DNA from: an uncultured Candidatus Saccharibacteria bacterium
GTDB lineage: Bacteria; Patescibacteriota; UBA1384; CAJBMM01
Length of the DNA stretch: 50,327 bases
Assembly: GCA_964561525.1 (NCBI GenBank)
Contig: CAZLPY010000003.1
Location: 1 to 50,327, forward strand
Reading direction: 5' to 3'
Shown here: positions 49,833 to 50,327 of the stretch, one piece after another
How the letters are laid out: each line of letters starts with the position of its first letter
Position numbering within the stretch: position 1 is the stretch's first letter
Notes under the pieces: generated by a model
What the model was told of the DNA's origin: nothing
What the model saw: only the letters and a program-made list of their open reading frames with translations
The model's database searches: none
Made by a program: the position numbers and the translations under genes

Positions 49833-50327
49833 CTATTTGTATGACCATAAAACAGATCGTTTGAAGGCATCTAAATTATCAAGTGCAATCAAGGTGCCGC
49901 GAGCCACGCACAAAATGGCGTCTTCGGCCAGCTGGCACGGTACGCCGGTCACTTTACTCATCAATTGATCAAAATTACGCATTTGCGAAGTGCCACCAGT
50001 CATGATAATGCCTTTATCCATGACGTCCGAGGCGAGCTCGGGCGGGGTTTTTTGCAATACCGACTTAACGGCATTTAATATGATCGCCAATTCCTCACGC
50101 ACGGCTGCCATCACATCGCTAGAAGTCACAATAACGCTTTCGGGCAAACCGGAGATAGTGTTGCAGCCTGATACCTCCATAGAAAGCTCTTTTGACAGCG
50201 GTATGACCGTGCCGATGCGGATTTTAATCTCCTCGGCCGTCTGCTCGCCAATCACTAAATTATATTTTTTACGGATATGCGAAGCGATGGCTTCGTCTAT
50301 CTTATTACCACCGACTCGTACTGATGT
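49833..50327 (-). CDS. mreB: rod shape-determining protein MreB (5' end outside the window)
   Basis: The reading frame is open to the window edge. ...GGNKIDEAIASHIRKKYNLVIGEQTAEEIKIRIG...IIMTGGTSQMRNFDQL... are actin-like MreB motifs. Confidence 0.9.
   Translation of the reverse strand, partial: TSVRVGGNKIDEAIASHIRKKYNLVIGEQTAEEIKIRIGTVIPLSKELSMEVSGCNTISGLPESVIVTSSDVMAAVREELAIILNAVKSVLQKTPPELASDVMDKGIIMTGGTSQMRNFDQLMSKVTGVPCQLAEDAILCVARGTLIALDNLDAFKRSVLWSYK

Noticed and set aside
1-50327. Alternative genetic code (UGA as sense, as in some candidate phyla).
   Set aside because: Conserved proteins end at TGA where their families end, and TGA participates in ATGA/TTGA stop-start overlaps. All long genes read through cleanly with code 11.

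Overview
Densely coding bacterial chromosome: about 45 protein genes, roughly 80 percent on the minus strand. The standard code applies, since TGA is used as a stop and ATGA/TTGA overlaps occur. Content is mostly housekeeping: secD-secF, rpsU-yqeY-ybeY-dgkA, ftsA-ftsZ, mreB (partial), nusA, clpC, lexA, eno, trxA, purB and a pyrD / truncated pyrC / pyrE operon. There are also several GT4 and WecB/TagA glycosyltransferases, LmbE and CE4 deacetylases, an ECF sigma factor, and DUF3048, LytR_C, HAF-repeat and PaaX-like proteins. Gene content and synteny suggest a small-genome, Gram-positive-like lineage, plausibly Patescibacteria/CPR; this is inference only. I found no rRNA, no convincing tRNA, no CRISPR array, no transposase, integrase or phage genes, and no recognisable defence system. 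Promoters close to TTGACA-N17-TATAAT and hairpin plus T-tract terminators can be read by eye around many genes. The most unusual observations are: (1) three exactly 41-nt-phased units (mini-ORF MVAxxxSN / inverted repeat GTTGC-N11-GCAAC) between a promoter and the secD start, next to an RHH-domain regulator gene and a GC-rich 62-codon ORF or RNA module; (2) a full-length HisRS-like protein whose catalytic motifs are degenerate; (3) a 144-nt in-frame insertion flanked by a 6-bp direct repeat that splits the conserved IPMxG...SxNV motif of a SpoU/TrmH methyltransferase; (4) a family of intergenic hairpins whose arms are short tandem words, some copies lying in frame inside essential genes; (5) several G+C-richer monocistronic orphan genes, each with its own promoter and terminator, one (48086..48637) with an RNA-like 3' half; (6) a TSCPD-like protein and an orphan CheR-type methyltransferase flanking ftsA-ftsZ. 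All coordinates and motifs were read by eye from the sequence. No database search or folding computation was run.
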